64,000 nucleotides of DNA from Hydrogenophaga sp. (GCA_036825935.1 DAISXI010000001.1:4018-68017), one strand, 5' to 3'; shown: positions 47,952-57,622, numbered from the stretch's first letter. Numbers and translations are program-made. Notes: generated by a model not told the origin, from the sequence alone.

Positions 47952-48514
47952 TAGCCCACCACATCGCCCTGGGTGGTGACGCCCAGACCGTTGAGCAGTC
48001 GGTTTGAATAGTTAAAGTAGGCGCAAACCTGGTTCACCTCCAGAATTTCGCCATCGTCACAGCCGACGGCCTTGAGCGCCTCGAAGTCGCTTTTCTCCAT
48101 ATGCGCCACATCAGCGGTCAGCTTTCTAGCGTAACGCAACAGATTCAGTTCCTTACCCGAAAAGGCCAGCTCAGGCTGCGCTGCCGACAGAGCATCCCAG
48201 ACCAACTGGGACCGTGCCGGGTCGTTCATGAGTCGGCGTGCGTTGGCAAAGTGGTGGGTCAGGCTGTAGTCGCATTGGTTGGTCATGCTGACATAGGACG
48301 CCACCACTTCAAGGAACCAGAACGGCAGGGTGTTGTCCGGGTTGTGTAACACGCTGCGGTAGAGCACCAGATGCCCCTCCATGCTGTGCGGCCGCAAGCT
48401 GTGCGCCCGCATCACGTTGTCCACCGTGCCGCTGGGCGTCAGCGCCAGCTGGTAAACCTCTTTGAGTTTGCCAGTGGCCTCCTCCAACGGAATCATTTTG
48501 ATCCATGCGCTCAT
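47927..48514 (-). CDS. AhpD/CMD-like peroxidase-related protein (CxxS)
   Basis: EVVASYVSMTNQCDYSLTHH; AYFNYSNRLLNGLG. Confidence 0.88.
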   Translation of the reverse strand: MSAWIKMIPLEEATGKLKEVYQLALTPSGTVDNVMRAHSLRPHSMEGHLVLYRSVLHNPDNTLPFWFLEVVASYVSMTNQCDYSLTHHFANARRLMNDPARSQLVWDALSAAQPELAFSGKELNLLRYARKLTADVAHMEKSDFEALKAVGCDDGEILEVNQVCAYFNYSNRLLNGLGVTTQGDVVGYYKEPAAA

Positions 48515-49137
48515 GGCGTTTCCTGTTTAATGGACCGACGGTCCTGGGGTTTGCGGGAAAAAATACGTTCGACCATGGGCACGAAGGTCTCCAGTGGCTC
48601 GCAGCGGTAATTGGGGTCCGATGCCGCCTGGTCATAACGCGCCACAAACTCGGCCGTCCAGTCGAAGTGCGGGTGACCGCGCCAACGCTCCCGCTCGTGC
48701 TGGTTGACGCCCGGCAGGTGGGGCGAATGCAGGTTTTGAAACGTAGCGTGGTGCCGAAGCATCCAGTAATTGCGATCAGACACGTAAGCCCCTAGCAGCG
48801 TGGCCGCAAAATCGCCGTGCAGCAACGGGCAAGTAATGAAGCCAACATCGTGCAGCAGCGCCACCACCACATCTTCTTCTGTTAGGCCGTCACGCAACAC
48901 CATGGTGGCCGACTGCAGACAATGTCGGTAGTTGTTGACTTGGTAGCCAAAACAAGGGTCATGCTCGCTGGCACTCAGCAGGCGCAACGCCTGAGCTGCC
49001 TGGTGGCGCCCCAGATAGGCACTGCGTTGCTCTTCAAGCAAGACCCAGTCGTCAGCTGACAGGTCTTCCAGCGCAATTTTGTCAAGATAATGCCAAGCTG
49101 GGTCGGCCAGGGGGCTGCGCAAAGTTAAATCGTTCAC
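48511..49137 (-). CDS. HD-domain protein, PhnZ/TmpB-like diiron oxygenase family
   Basis: RHCLQSAT, ALLHDVG, LHGD, LRHH, RYDQ; GTG start with AAGGAG RBS. Confidence 0.8.
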   Translation of the reverse strand: MNDLTLRSPLADPAWHYLDKIALEDLSADDWVLLEEQRSAYLGRHQAAQALRLLSASEHDPCFGYQVNNYRHCLQSATMVLRDGLTEEDVVVALLHDVGFITCPLLHGDFAATLLGAYVSDRNYWMLRHHATFQNLHSPHLPGVNQHERERWRGHPHFDWTAEFVARYDQAASDPNYRCEPLETFVPMVERIFSRKPQDRRSIKQETP

Positions 49138-49150
49138 AGTGTCTCCTTCT

Positions 49151-49786
49151 TTAAGAGGCCAACCAGGTTTGCGTTGCGCAGCGCCATGGCGACAAGGCAC
49201 GGACAACGTCAGGATGTGCCGACGCAGTCTGCAACCATTCTTCCAGCACCGCCGGCAAAGTCAGCGGCTGGCCACAGGCGGCGAGCACCAGGGTCGCCAG
49301 TGGCAAGGTCACCAAGGGCCCACAGTCGGCTAGCCCAATCGTCGGCGTCAGCAGGAATGGTCTGGGCTGGACCCAGCCGGCCAACTGGCGCAGCAGCGCG
49401 TCGATATCGTCGTGCAGCGCCAACACCGTCTGCGGATTGCGCTGCGCCGGTTTGACATGGGCAAACAACGCACGCACCTTGGGCTCCAGATAAAGGTCGT
49501 GGTAACGGCATAGAAACCGCGCTCGAGCCCGCAGTTGCAAGTCCTGCGGCAGCATGGGAGGCGATGGGTAGCGTTCTTCGAGGTATTCGTTGATCGCCTC
49601 TGATTCGGACAACACCCAATCGCCCTCCTGAATAGCTGGCAGGGTACCCATGGGTACCCGCGCGCGGTACTCGGCCGAACGATAGCCCTTCTCCGGTGCG
49701 CGTTCTTCAAAATCAATGCCTTTCACGCACAGCACCAGCCGCACCTTGGCGCTGTAACTGGAAAGGGCGGTGGCATGGAAGATCAT
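49151..49786 (-). CDS. Glutathione S-transferase family protein
   Basis: SSYSAKVRL, PMGTLPAI, LSESEAINEYLEE. Confidence 0.93.
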   Translation of the reverse strand: MIFHATALSSYSAKVRLVLCVKGIDFEERAPEKGYRSAEYRARVPMGTLPAIQEGDWVLSESEAINEYLEERYPSPPMLPQDLQLRARARFLCRYHDLYLEPKVRALFAHVKPAQRNPQTVLALHDDIDALLRQLAGWVQPRPFLLTPTIGLADCGPLVTLPLATLVLAACGQPLTLPAVLEEWLQTASAHPDVVRALSPWRCATQTWLAS

Positions 49787-50559
49787 GATTCACTTGCATT
49801 TAGAAAGTCAGAATAGTCTTTTGCCGCAGCTTCTGCTGCAGACTCTATCAGGGCCCTGCCATGCTCAGCCATGCCTAGGGCAGAGTGTGAGCCGACACGA
49901 CCGTCTGGAAACTGTGCTCGGTGGGCAGCTGCGTGTTCATGGTTGTCGCCGCCATGCAGTTTGATAAAGTCAGCACTCAACAAAGCTGGCGGTGATAATT
50001 GGTCTGGGCGGCTGGCTGCTGGTAACTGGTGACGAGTAATCGCCAATTCCGAAGGCGTGGCATGCATGCCTTCGGCAGCACCATAAAGTCGCTGCCGGAT
50101 TTCATTGACTTCAGCAAAGTCCCACCAACTGCGAAGTCGGCAATGCACGGTGGGGACTGCGTGACGGCCCAAACTTTGGTCTGCATACAGTTCCTGAAAC
50201 GCGCAATGAGCCGGGGAGATATTCCCTCCATGCCCGTTGAGGAAGTAAAAACGCTCAAATCCATGCCGCGCCAAGGACTGAACATAATCGATGATGACCT
50301 GAATCAGCGTGGTCGGACGCAAAGAAATGGTGCCTGGAAAAGACAAATTGAATTGTGCCTGACTGAGGGTCAGGGTCGGCCCTACCAACGCGCCGCAGCG
50401 TTTGGCCATGGCATAGGCAATGGTCTCGGCTGTGATGCTGTCAGTGCCAATCAGTCCAGTGGGGCCGTGTTGCTCGGTTGAGCCTGTGGGAATAACCACT
50501 CCCTTTGAGCGTTTCAGGTAGGCTTCCACGTCAGGCCAAGTGGAGTGATGAAGGATCAT
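49783..50559 (-). CDS. Creatininase-family amidohydrolase
   Basis: GSTEQHGP..GTD, LNGHGGN, HATPSE. Confidence 0.93.
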   Translation of the reverse strand: MILHHSTWPDVEAYLKRSKGVVIPTGSTEQHGPTGLIGTDSITAETIAYAMAKRCGALVGPTLTLSQAQFNLSFPGTISLRPTTLIQVIIDYVQSLARHGFERFYFLNGHGGNISPAHCAFQELYADQSLGRHAVPTVHCRLRSWWDFAEVNEIRQRLYGAAEGMHATPSELAITRHQLPAASRPDQLSPPALLSADFIKLHGGDNHEHAAAHRAQFPDGRVGSHSALGMAEHGRALIESAAEAAAKDYSDFLNASES

Positions 50560-50562
50560 GGT

Positions 50563-51336
50563 TCAGTTGGTTGTGGTGAGCCTGCGTTCCATCCGGCGTA
50601 CCAGGTAGGACACCAACAGTATCAAAACAAGATATTCCACTACCAGTAGGGTGTAAATTTCAAGCGGCCGATACTCATTGACATTGAGTTCATTGGCGCG
50701 ACGGGTAAATTCCTGCAGACCAATCACCGACACCAGTGAGGACATCTTAATGACATACACAAACTGGTTACCCAATGCAGGCAAGATGATTTTGATTGCC
50801 TGCGGGAAAACCACCAAGCGCATCTGTTGAAACCAAGTCAAGCCCAGCGATTTGGCCGCTTCAATCTGACCTTTGGGCACAGACTGAATGCCGGCTCGAA
50901 ATACCTCCGCTTCGAAAGCAGAGTCACTGAGAGCCAGTGACAAAACGCCTGTCATAAAAACGCCAAGTTGGAGGCCGATGATGACAGGTAAGCCATAAAA
51001 CACCCATAGCAGCAGAACCAACAAAGGTACCGAACGGAACAATTCAACATAGACCCGGTTCACGCGTTTGAGGTGGTTATTTCGAGATAAACCAGCCATC
51101 GCGACCACAGCACCCAGAATCACCGACAAACCAATGGCGCACAGAGACACCATTATCGTTGCCCAGATGCCGCCAATCAGGAACTGTAAATTGGAAACGC
51201 CTTTAGCCTCAAAGGGGTTGAAGATGTACCAACCCCAGTTGTAACTGTCGGCTTCACCACTCGTGCCCGCACAACCGGCCAGCAAGCCGAGTGCCATGAG
51301 CAAAAGACAGACGTTTATTTTTTGGCGGACAGCCAT
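50563..51336 (-). CDS. Polar amino-acid ABC permease
   Basis: YVELFRSVPLLV, AEVFRAGIQSVPKGQIEAAKSLG. Confidence 0.95.
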   Translation of the reverse strand: MAVRQKINVCLLLMALGLLAGCAGTSGEADSYNWGWYIFNPFEAKGVSNLQFLIGGIWATIMVSLCAIGLSVILGAVVAMAGLSRNNHLKRVNRVYVELFRSVPLLVLLLWVFYGLPVIIGLQLGVFMTGVLSLALSDSAFEAEVFRAGIQSVPKGQIEAAKSLGLTWFQQMRLVVFPQAIKIILPALGNQFVYVIKMSSLVSVIGLQEFTRRANELNVNEYRPLEIYTLLVVEYLVLILLVSYLVRRMERRLTTTN

Positions 51337-52112
51337 TTGGCCTCGAGACCATCGAAGAAGCCTTCAGCTTCTTTAAGAGAAATCCAGTTGTTCACATAAG
51401 TCACCCAAACATCATCCCCTTGGGGCAAGGGGTAAGCAAACGGGCGCTTGTTTCGCATTTCGGCATTGGAGCCAACAATCTGAAGCTCGGGATAGGTCTT
51501 CATCAAGGTAGCAGCCTCCACATTACTGGTGATGGTTACTTGAGCACGACCAGCCAAAACCTCCTGGTAACCAGTGGCAGGCTTTTCTACAGCGCGTATT
51601 TTGGCTTTTGGAAAGTGGGCGCGGGCTTGTTGCTCAAACACAGTGCCCATAAGTACCGCAACAGTAACATTAGGGCTGTTGATGTTGTTCCAGTTGGTAA
51701 ACTTGTTACCAGTTTTTTTGCTTACCAGCGGAACGGTGCCAGCATAAAGATACGGATTTGAAAAGGCGACTGTCCTAGCTCGAGCCATGCTTAGCGAAGC
51801 ACCGGAAAAGATGTCGAATCGATTCGATACTATTCCATTAACCAAAGTCGCCCACTCCGCAGGCACGTACTCAATCTTCACGCCCATGTCGGCGGCCAAC
51901 TGGTTCATGGCCTCAACGTCGAAACCGGTGTAGGTGTTGGTGGCCGAATCTTTGATAGACATAGGGTTGAAGTCACCGGTGGTGCCAACGCGCAGCGTCC
52001 CTCTTTCCAAAATCTCGGCTAGGCGCGATTTCGATTGCGCTGAAGCTTGTACGGGCAATAAGAAAATAGCACTTGCTACAAATGCCAGCAGGATATGAGA
52101 AAACTTTTTCAT
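51315..52112 (-). CDS. Family 3 solute-binding protein, cyclohexadienyl dehydratase (PheC)-like clade
   Basis: Signal peptide; LRVGTTGDFNPM, GFDVE, QEVLAGRA, VNNWI. Confidence 0.9.
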   Translation of the reverse strand: MKKFSHILLAFVASAIFLLPVQASAQSKSRLAEILERGTLRVGTTGDFNPMSIKDSATNTYTGFDVEAMNQLAADMGVKIEYVPAEWATLVNGIVSNRFDIFSGASLSMARARTVAFSNPYLYAGTVPLVSKKTGNKFTNWNNINSPNVTVAVLMGTVFEQQARAHFPKAKIRAVEKPATGYQEVLAGRAQVTITSNVEAATLMKTYPELQIVGSNAEMRNKRPFAYPLPQGDDVWVTYVNNWISLKEAEGFFDGLEAKWLSAKK

Positions 52113-52397
52113 GATCGAATTCCTATTGAGAGTTAACAAATAGCGGATCATGCTACATCTGTTTCGCCTTAATTTCAATAGGTTATTTCAAACAATTCTG
52201 GCCAGAGAATTTCAAAGTCATAAGTGAATTTTTCTAGTTGGAGGTTGACCTTATAAAAATGTCAAGCTGCACCTCATCACCAGTTCGCGCTTTCCAAAGG
52301 GCTTATCGGCTGGTCACCCCCCAGCTTCCACCGATAGTGGTCAGCGGGAACAAATTCCAACGCTGATTTCAATGGATTTTTGGGGCGATTCAATGGC

Positions 52398-53318
52398 TCA
52401 TGTTGGGTTGGGTTGATGTGCCATGCGAAGCGCCAACAAACCGGCCATCACAATGACCGCCGCCCCTGCGACCGTGGTGAGTCGAGGCGTTTCTTGGAAA
52501 AACACATACCCCCACAGAGGGGCCCACAAGATGCCGGTGTACTCAAATGGGGCGACCTTATTGGCTTGTGCAAGACGGTAGGCACTGGTGAGAAACATCA
52601 TGCCGGTGGCGGCCACGACACCCGAGGCGCCAATGAGCAGCAAGTCGTCCAAGGGAATCAACATCCAGTTGCGCACCAGAAACGCCAGACTGGGATGCGA
52701 TGCATGTTCAATGCCCAAGACGGACAAAGCCAAGGCGGTCATCAGAGCGCCCACAAAAAATCCGACATTTTGATAAAACGACAAAACAGAAGCTGGCTGC
52801 GTAGAACCGAGCTTTCGCGCCATCAGCATGGAAACACCGTACATACAAGCCGATAGAAGAGACAACAGCGCAGCGGGCTCAAACAAACCAGTGCCAGGCT
52901 GCAACATCACCATGACCCCCATAAAACCCAGCAATACCGCCGCCCATACGCGCCAACCCGAATGCTCACCCAAAAACGGGCCAGCCAGCGCGATGACAAA
53001 CAGCGGGACGGTGAAATACAGTGCCACTGCGTCAGCCAAGGGCAGCGCTGGAAACGCCATGTAGTAAGCGGTGTAGGAAACAAACATGATCAGCGCTCGC
53101 AGCATGAGCGCCCCCAGGTCGTTACCAAACAGCGCACGCCAACCCACTTCACGCATCACCAGAGCCAGCAGAATGGGAAACGCCACCAGCGAGCGAATCA
53201 CCACCACTTGGGTCAGCGGATATGACCCGCTGACTTGCTTGATGATCGCGTCTTGCAGTGAAAAAACAAAAACGCCGAGGCACAGATAGAGAATGCCGCG
53301 TGTGGTTGGGTTGTGCAT
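52398..53318 (-). CDS. DMT/EamA transporter
   Basis: Multi-TM; ALYFTVPLF..LGE, VAPFEYTGILWA. Confidence 0.93.
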   Translation of the reverse strand: MHNPTTRGILYLCLGVFVFSLQDAIIKQVSGSYPLTQVVVIRSLVAFPILLALVMREVGWRALFGNDLGALMLRALIMFVSYTAYYMAFPALPLADAVALYFTVPLFVIALAGPFLGEHSGWRVWAAVLLGFMGVMVMLQPGTGLFEPAALLSLLSACMYGVSMLMARKLGSTQPASVLSFYQNVGFFVGALMTALALSVLGIEHASHPSLAFLVRNWMLIPLDDLLLIGASGVVAATGMMFLTSAYRLAQANKVAPFEYTGILWAPLWGYVFFQETPRLTTVAGAAVIVMAGLLALRMAHQPNPT

Positions 53319-53440
53319 TATTAAAAAACGAAATGACCAATGGATGAGGATAGGAAATCCAAGCGCTTAAGGCCAAGTATGCCCCGGGATCGGGGCTAAC
53401 GACGTTCTGTGGTTAGCTTCTCGCCACGGTCAACGAGTGC

Positions 53441-53650
53441 ATGGAAAGCCTCTGGCCCTTGATTGAGCAACACCGGTGGCGTGGCCAACCCAGGACTGGA
53501 AATGAGCCAGCGCGCGCTGCACGCGTCTTGGGGCCACTAAGAGGCGGATGCCCGCCTGCGGGGCATCACGCAAACATCCACGCCGGCTTCGTAAAAGTGG
53601 CCGACGCGATGCTGACCCAGGGCGTCATCTCGGCGACGCGCATTCGGGTA
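53441..53650 (+). mobile_element. Possible heavily degraded IS5-family transposase remnant
   Basis: Frameshifted W-K-A-L-A-L-I-E-x-H and MLTQGVISATRI resemble IS5 segments; no terminal IRs seen. Confidence 0.25.
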
Positions 53651-53864
53651 AGGTCGTGCGAAATGGGCTTGAAGACGGGTCTACTTTTTTAGGGGGCAGC
53701 AAGTCCGTGCAACTGACATGCGCCACCTCCGACTCCCTGCCTGGGCCCTAGGGAACAAGACCTTGTTCACCCCGATACCTTGCGCTTTGGCTCAGGTCAA
53801 GGTCTTTACCCTGCATCAATTCACCCGCAATCACTATGGCCGACACGAGGGATTCGGCTGCTGA

Positions 53865-54245
53865 TCAGCGCACAAACAAAGTCACCAAGGGATCGGACCC
53901 GACCTGACGGCTCCAGTGGCCGTGCACGGCAGGGTCAAACGTGGCCCCTTCGGGCAAGGTGTCGGCCGAGTAAAAGAACTCGCCGGGGCCGAAGGTGCGC
54001 GAGCTGCCGTCTTGCAAAAAGATCTCCATTTGACCGCCCAGCACGAACAGCCATTGCGGGTTGCCCGTGCAGTGGAAGCTGCTGCGAAAGCCCACAGGGC
54101 TTTGGCGCAACTGGCAGGCGCTGGCCGCCATCAGGGCCGACAAACGGCTTTGTGGAGTGCCTTCGGTCAAGGGCACTTCGTCGTCCCGAAAACGGGCGCG
54201 GCCATCGGTGTCGGTAAATAGAATGACTTTTTTCAGGGTATCCAT
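53865..54245 (-). CDS. Cupin-like protein
   Basis: FHCTGNPQWLFVLGGQMEI...GHWS. Confidence 0.8.
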   Translation of the reverse strand: MDTLKKVILFTDTDGRARFRDDEVPLTEGTPQSRLSALMAASACQLRQSPVGFRSSFHCTGNPQWLFVLGGQMEIFLQDGSSRTFGPGEFFYSADTLPEGATFDPAVHGHWSRQVGSDPLVTLFVR

Positions 54246-54408
54246 GTCCAAGGCCTTTTACTCAAAACAACAAGGCCCGATTGTCGCTGAGCCAACAGGC
54301 TGGCGGGACGCCAATGGCATAAACTGAAAGCCAAGCGTCCTACCGCCAAGTCCTTCTGGCCTGGCAATCAGCCACTTGGCTCTACAACTTCTGCGATGGC
54401 GAAGCCAC

Positions 54409-55407
54409 ATGAATACTGCCCCTTTGAACATTGTTTTCCATGGCGAAAATGCAGCCAACTTTCGCCAGGGTTTTGAAGCCTTGATCGGGCCCCAACACCG
54501 CATCAGCGACCTGAGCGATGGCCTGGACCAACCTGGCGAGCGGGCGCTTTATGAAAATGCGGACGTGGTGATCGGCATTCAGCTCCACAGCGCCATGCCC
54601 AAACCTCTGAAGGCGAGGCTGTTTCATGCCCCGGCAGCGGGCACCGATGCCATCTCAACCGCTCTGCTGCCCAAGCACTGCACGCTGGCCAATTGCTTTG
54701 GCCACGAGAACGCAATCGCCGAATACGTGATGGCCGCCTTGCTGATGCGCCATGTGCCGCTGGCCCGCGCTGACCAGGATTTGCGCCAAGGCCGCTGGAC
54801 GTTTTGGGCCGGTCGCCCGGCGGCGCTGCGCACCGAAATGGGGGCGCAAACTTTGGGCCTGCTGGGCTTTGGGCACATCGCGCAGGCCGTGGCGCAGCGC
54901 GCCAAGGCCTTTGGCATGCGGGTGCATGTGGCCAACCGCAGCCCCGTCAGCCACCCTTCGGTGGACCAGAGCTGGACGCTGGACGGTTTGCAGACCTTCA
55001 TGGCCAGCGCCGACGCGGTGTTGGTCAGCCTGCCGCTGACCAACAACACCAAGGGCCTGGTCAACGCGTCGGCGCTGGCCGCCATGCGGCCCGATGCGGT
55101 GCTGCTCAACGTGGGCCGGGGTGCGGTGATCGATGAGGCCGCGCTGCACGCGGCTTTGGCCTCGCGACAGATCGGTGGCGCCGTGATCGACACCTGGTAC
55201 CAGTACCCCACACCCATGCACAGCGAATGCGCACCGTCGAAGTTCGATTTTGCGGCGCTGGACAATGTGCTGATGACGCCCCACATGTCGGGCTGGACAG
55301 CCGGCACGGTGCGCCGACGCCAGGAGACTCTGGCCGAGAACATCGGCCGCTTGAGCCGGGGCGAGCCCTTGATTCATGTGCTGCATGGGCCAGTGGGCCC
55401 ACGCTGA
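54409..55407 (+). CDS. D-2-hydroxyacid dehydrogenase
   Basis: GFGHIA, NVGRGAVIDE, TPHMSG. Confidence 0.93.
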   Translation: MNTAPLNIVFHGENAANFRQGFEALIGPQHRISDLSDGLDQPGERALYENADVVIGIQLHSAMPKPLKARLFHAPAAGTDAISTALLPKHCTLANCFGHENAIAEYVMAALLMRHVPLARADQDLRQGRWTFWAGRPAALRTEMGAQTLGLLGFGHIAQAVAQRAKAFGMRVHVANRSPVSHPSVDQSWTLDGLQTFMASADAVLVSLPLTNNTKGLVNASALAAMRPDAVLLNVGRGAVIDEAALHAALASRQIGGAVIDTWYQYPTPMHSECAPSKFDFAALDNVLMTPHMSGWTAGTVRRRQETLAENIGRLSRGEPLIHVLHGPVGPR

Positions 55408-55423
55408 CAAGGCTGTCAGTTCT

Positions 55424-56494
55424 TCAGGCGCTTTGCCGCTGCACGATCTCGAAGCCCAAATCCAGCTGAGGGGCCTCGGGCTCTTCGCCGCGCATCAGGC
55501 TCAGCAGCATGTCGGCAGCGGCCTGGCCGATGCGCGCACGCGGCGTGCGCACGGTGGTCAGGGTGGGCAACATCTGGTCGCTGCCAGTCAGGTCGTTGAA
55601 GCCGGCAATGGCCACTTGCTGCGGCACCGACACACCCATGCGCAAGGCCGCCATCAAGGCGCCTTGGGCCAGGTCGTCGTTGCAAAAAAAGATGGCGTCG
55701 ACGGCTGGGCGCTGTTGCATGATTTGCTCGAACATGACGCCACCCAAAGCCAGCGATGAGGGTGCGGGGTTGAGGAATTCCAGCGTGGGATCGAATGCAC
55801 CAGCCTCTTGCAGGGCGTGACGCCAGCCGTACAGGCGCTGCATCACGCGAGGATCGAGTTGCGCCGCCGCAAAAGCAATTCGACGGCGGCCACTGGCGAG
55901 CAAGTGGCGCGTCATGGCAGAGCCTGCATCGGTCTGTCGAAAACCCACACAGTACAAGGCGTCGCCGTCGCTGGCGGGCAAATCCATCAAGTGCACGCAA
56001 GGCACTTGGCTGCGGGCGATCAGCTGGCGCGTGGCAGGGTTGTGGTCCAGCCCGGTGACCAACAAACCGGCCGGGCGGTGCAGCAATTGTTCGCGCAGCA
56101 GTTGCTCTTCTTCGCTGGGGTTGTAGTGCGTCACGCCCATGAGGGTCTGGTAACCGGCGGCGCGAAAACTGGTTTGCGCGGCGTCAAGCAGGTCGACAAA
56201 CAAGGCATTGGACAGCAGCGGGATCAGCATGCCCACGTGGTCACTGCGCTGCGAGGCCAGCGCACGGGCCGCCGGGTCGGGCACGTATCCCAGCATGTCC
56301 GACACGGCCTTGACGCGCTCGATCAAGGCGGGGTCCACCGCCCGCTCTCCTCGCAGGGCTCGCGAAACGGTGCTGGGGCTGACGCCGGCAGCGCGGGCCA
56401 CATCGCTCAGGGTGACGCGGCCGGAAGCGCGGTGTTTTTTGAACTGAGCAAGGGGGCTTGGCAAGGGTTTGTCCGTAGAAGTGATGGACCACAA
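55424..56494 (-). CDS. gntR: LacI-family gluconate repressor GntR
   Basis: TLSDVARAAGVSPSTVSRAL, FFCNDDLAQG, IAGFNDL; start uncertain. Confidence 0.88.
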   Translation of the reverse strand: MWSITSTDKPLPSPLAQFKKHRASGRVTLSDVARAAGVSPSTVSRALRGERAVDPALIERVKAVSDMLGYVPDPAARALASQRSDHVGMLIPLLSNALFVDLLDAAQTSFRAAGYQTLMGVTHYNPSEEEQLLREQLLHRPAGLLVTGLDHNPATRQLIARSQVPCVHLMDLPASDGDALYCVGFRQTDAGSAMTRHLLASGRRRIAFAAAQLDPRVMQRLYGWRHALQEAGAFDPTLEFLNPAPSSLALGGVMFEQIMQQRPAVDAIFFCNDDLAQGALMAALRMGVSVPQQVAIAGFNDLTGSDQMLPTLTTVRTPRARIGQAAADMLLSLMRGEEPEAPQLDLGFEIVQRQSA

Positions 56495-56502
56495 GGTCTA
56501 TA

Positions 56503-56516
56503 GGATAACGCTATCC
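56503..56516. promoter_or_regulatory. LacI/GntR-type operator (near-palindrome)
   Basis: GGATAACGCTATCC. Confidence 0.6.
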
Positions 56517-56610
56517 CACAAATGTTGATTGTCGCTTTTGACCAAAGCGAATTTCCCCGGGAAAGCTCATAAATAGGCAATCCGCCAAGGTTCCTTTTTT
56601 TTTAACCGCC

Positions 56611-56628
56611 TTGGACAGCGCTGTCCAA
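56611..56628. promoter_or_regulatory. LacI/GntR-type operator
   Basis: Perfect 18-bp palindrome TTGGACAGCGCTGTCCAA with central GCGC. Confidence 0.85.
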
Positions 56629-56651
56629 TCATGAAATACAGGAGTTGAGAA

Positions 56652-57620
56652 TTGTCCAAAGCCGATGTGCTGGCCGTGGCCAAACTGCACCCCTTCTACC
56701 AAACGGCCTTGGAGTCGCTGTACACCGTGCACGACCGCACCCATGTGACAAACCCGGCCGCTTTTACCAACCTGGCTCCCCGCATCTTGGGTGTGGCCGG
56801 CACGGGCGAGGCCAGCGTGCCGCGCAGCCTGCTCGCGCAACTGCCCAACGCCAAAGTGGTGGCGGTGTTTGGTGTGGGTTATGACGGCGTGGACGTGCCA
56901 GCCGCCATCGAGCACGGCATTCCCGTGACCCACACGCCGGATGTGTTGACCGACGATGTCGCCGATCTGGCCATGGGTCTGGTGCTGTCGGTGGGCCGCG
57001 CCATCCCGCAGGCGGACCAGTTTGTACGCGCTGGTCAATGGCCCAATGGCCCCATGGCCTTGGCCCGCAAGGTCTCGGGGGCACGCCTGGGCATCGTGGG
57101 TCTGGGGCGCATTGGCAAGGCCATCGCGCAGCGGGCACGCGCTTTTGGTATGTCGATTGCCTACACCGCCCGCAGCGAAAAACCCGATTCGAATTTCCAG
57201 TTTTACCCCTCGGCGGCCGAGCTCGCAGCGAACGTGGATTTTCTGGTGGCCATCACGCCCGGCGGCGCTGGCACCAAGCACCTGATCAACGCCGAGGTGC
57301 TCAAGGCCCTGGGCCCACGCGGCTTTTTGATCAACGTGGCGCGAGGCAGCGTTGTCGATGAAGAGGCGCTGATCGTGGCCCTGCAAAACGGCACCATCGC
57401 GGGCGCAGGCCTGGATGTGTTTGCCAACGAGCCCCATGTGCCCGAGGCGCTGTGGAGTATGCGCAACGTGGTGCTGACCCCCCACATGGCCAGCGCCACC
57501 ACCGAAACGCGTCAGGCCATGGCCAATCTGGCATTTGCCAACATGCAAGCCGGTATTTCTGGGCAAGCCCTGCGAAGCCCCGTGCCTGAATGCATCAACA
57601 TGACGGCACGGAGCCGCTGA
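56652..57620 (+). CDS. 2-hydroxyacid dehydrogenase (2-ketogluconate/hydroxypyruvate reductase-like)
   Basis: TTG start after AGGAG; GVGYDG, GLGRIG, NVARGSVVDE, PHMAS. Confidence 0.93.
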   Translation: MSKADVLAVAKLHPFYQTALESLYTVHDRTHVTNPAAFTNLAPRILGVAGTGEASVPRSLLAQLPNAKVVAVFGVGYDGVDVPAAIEHGIPVTHTPDVLTDDVADLAMGLVLSVGRAIPQADQFVRAGQWPNGPMALARKVSGARLGIVGLGRIGKAIAQRARAFGMSIAYTARSEKPDSNFQFYPSAAELAANVDFLVAITPGGAGTKHLINAEVLKALGPRGFLINVARGSVVDEEALIVALQNGTIAGAGLDVFANEPHVPEALWSMRNVVLTPHMASATTETRQAMANLAFANMQAGISGQALRSPVPECINMTARSR

Positions 57621-57622
57621 AC

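Noticed and set aside
52261..52390. Possible small ORF or ncRNA upstream of the SBP gene
   Set aside because: No start/RBS, motif or convincing structure
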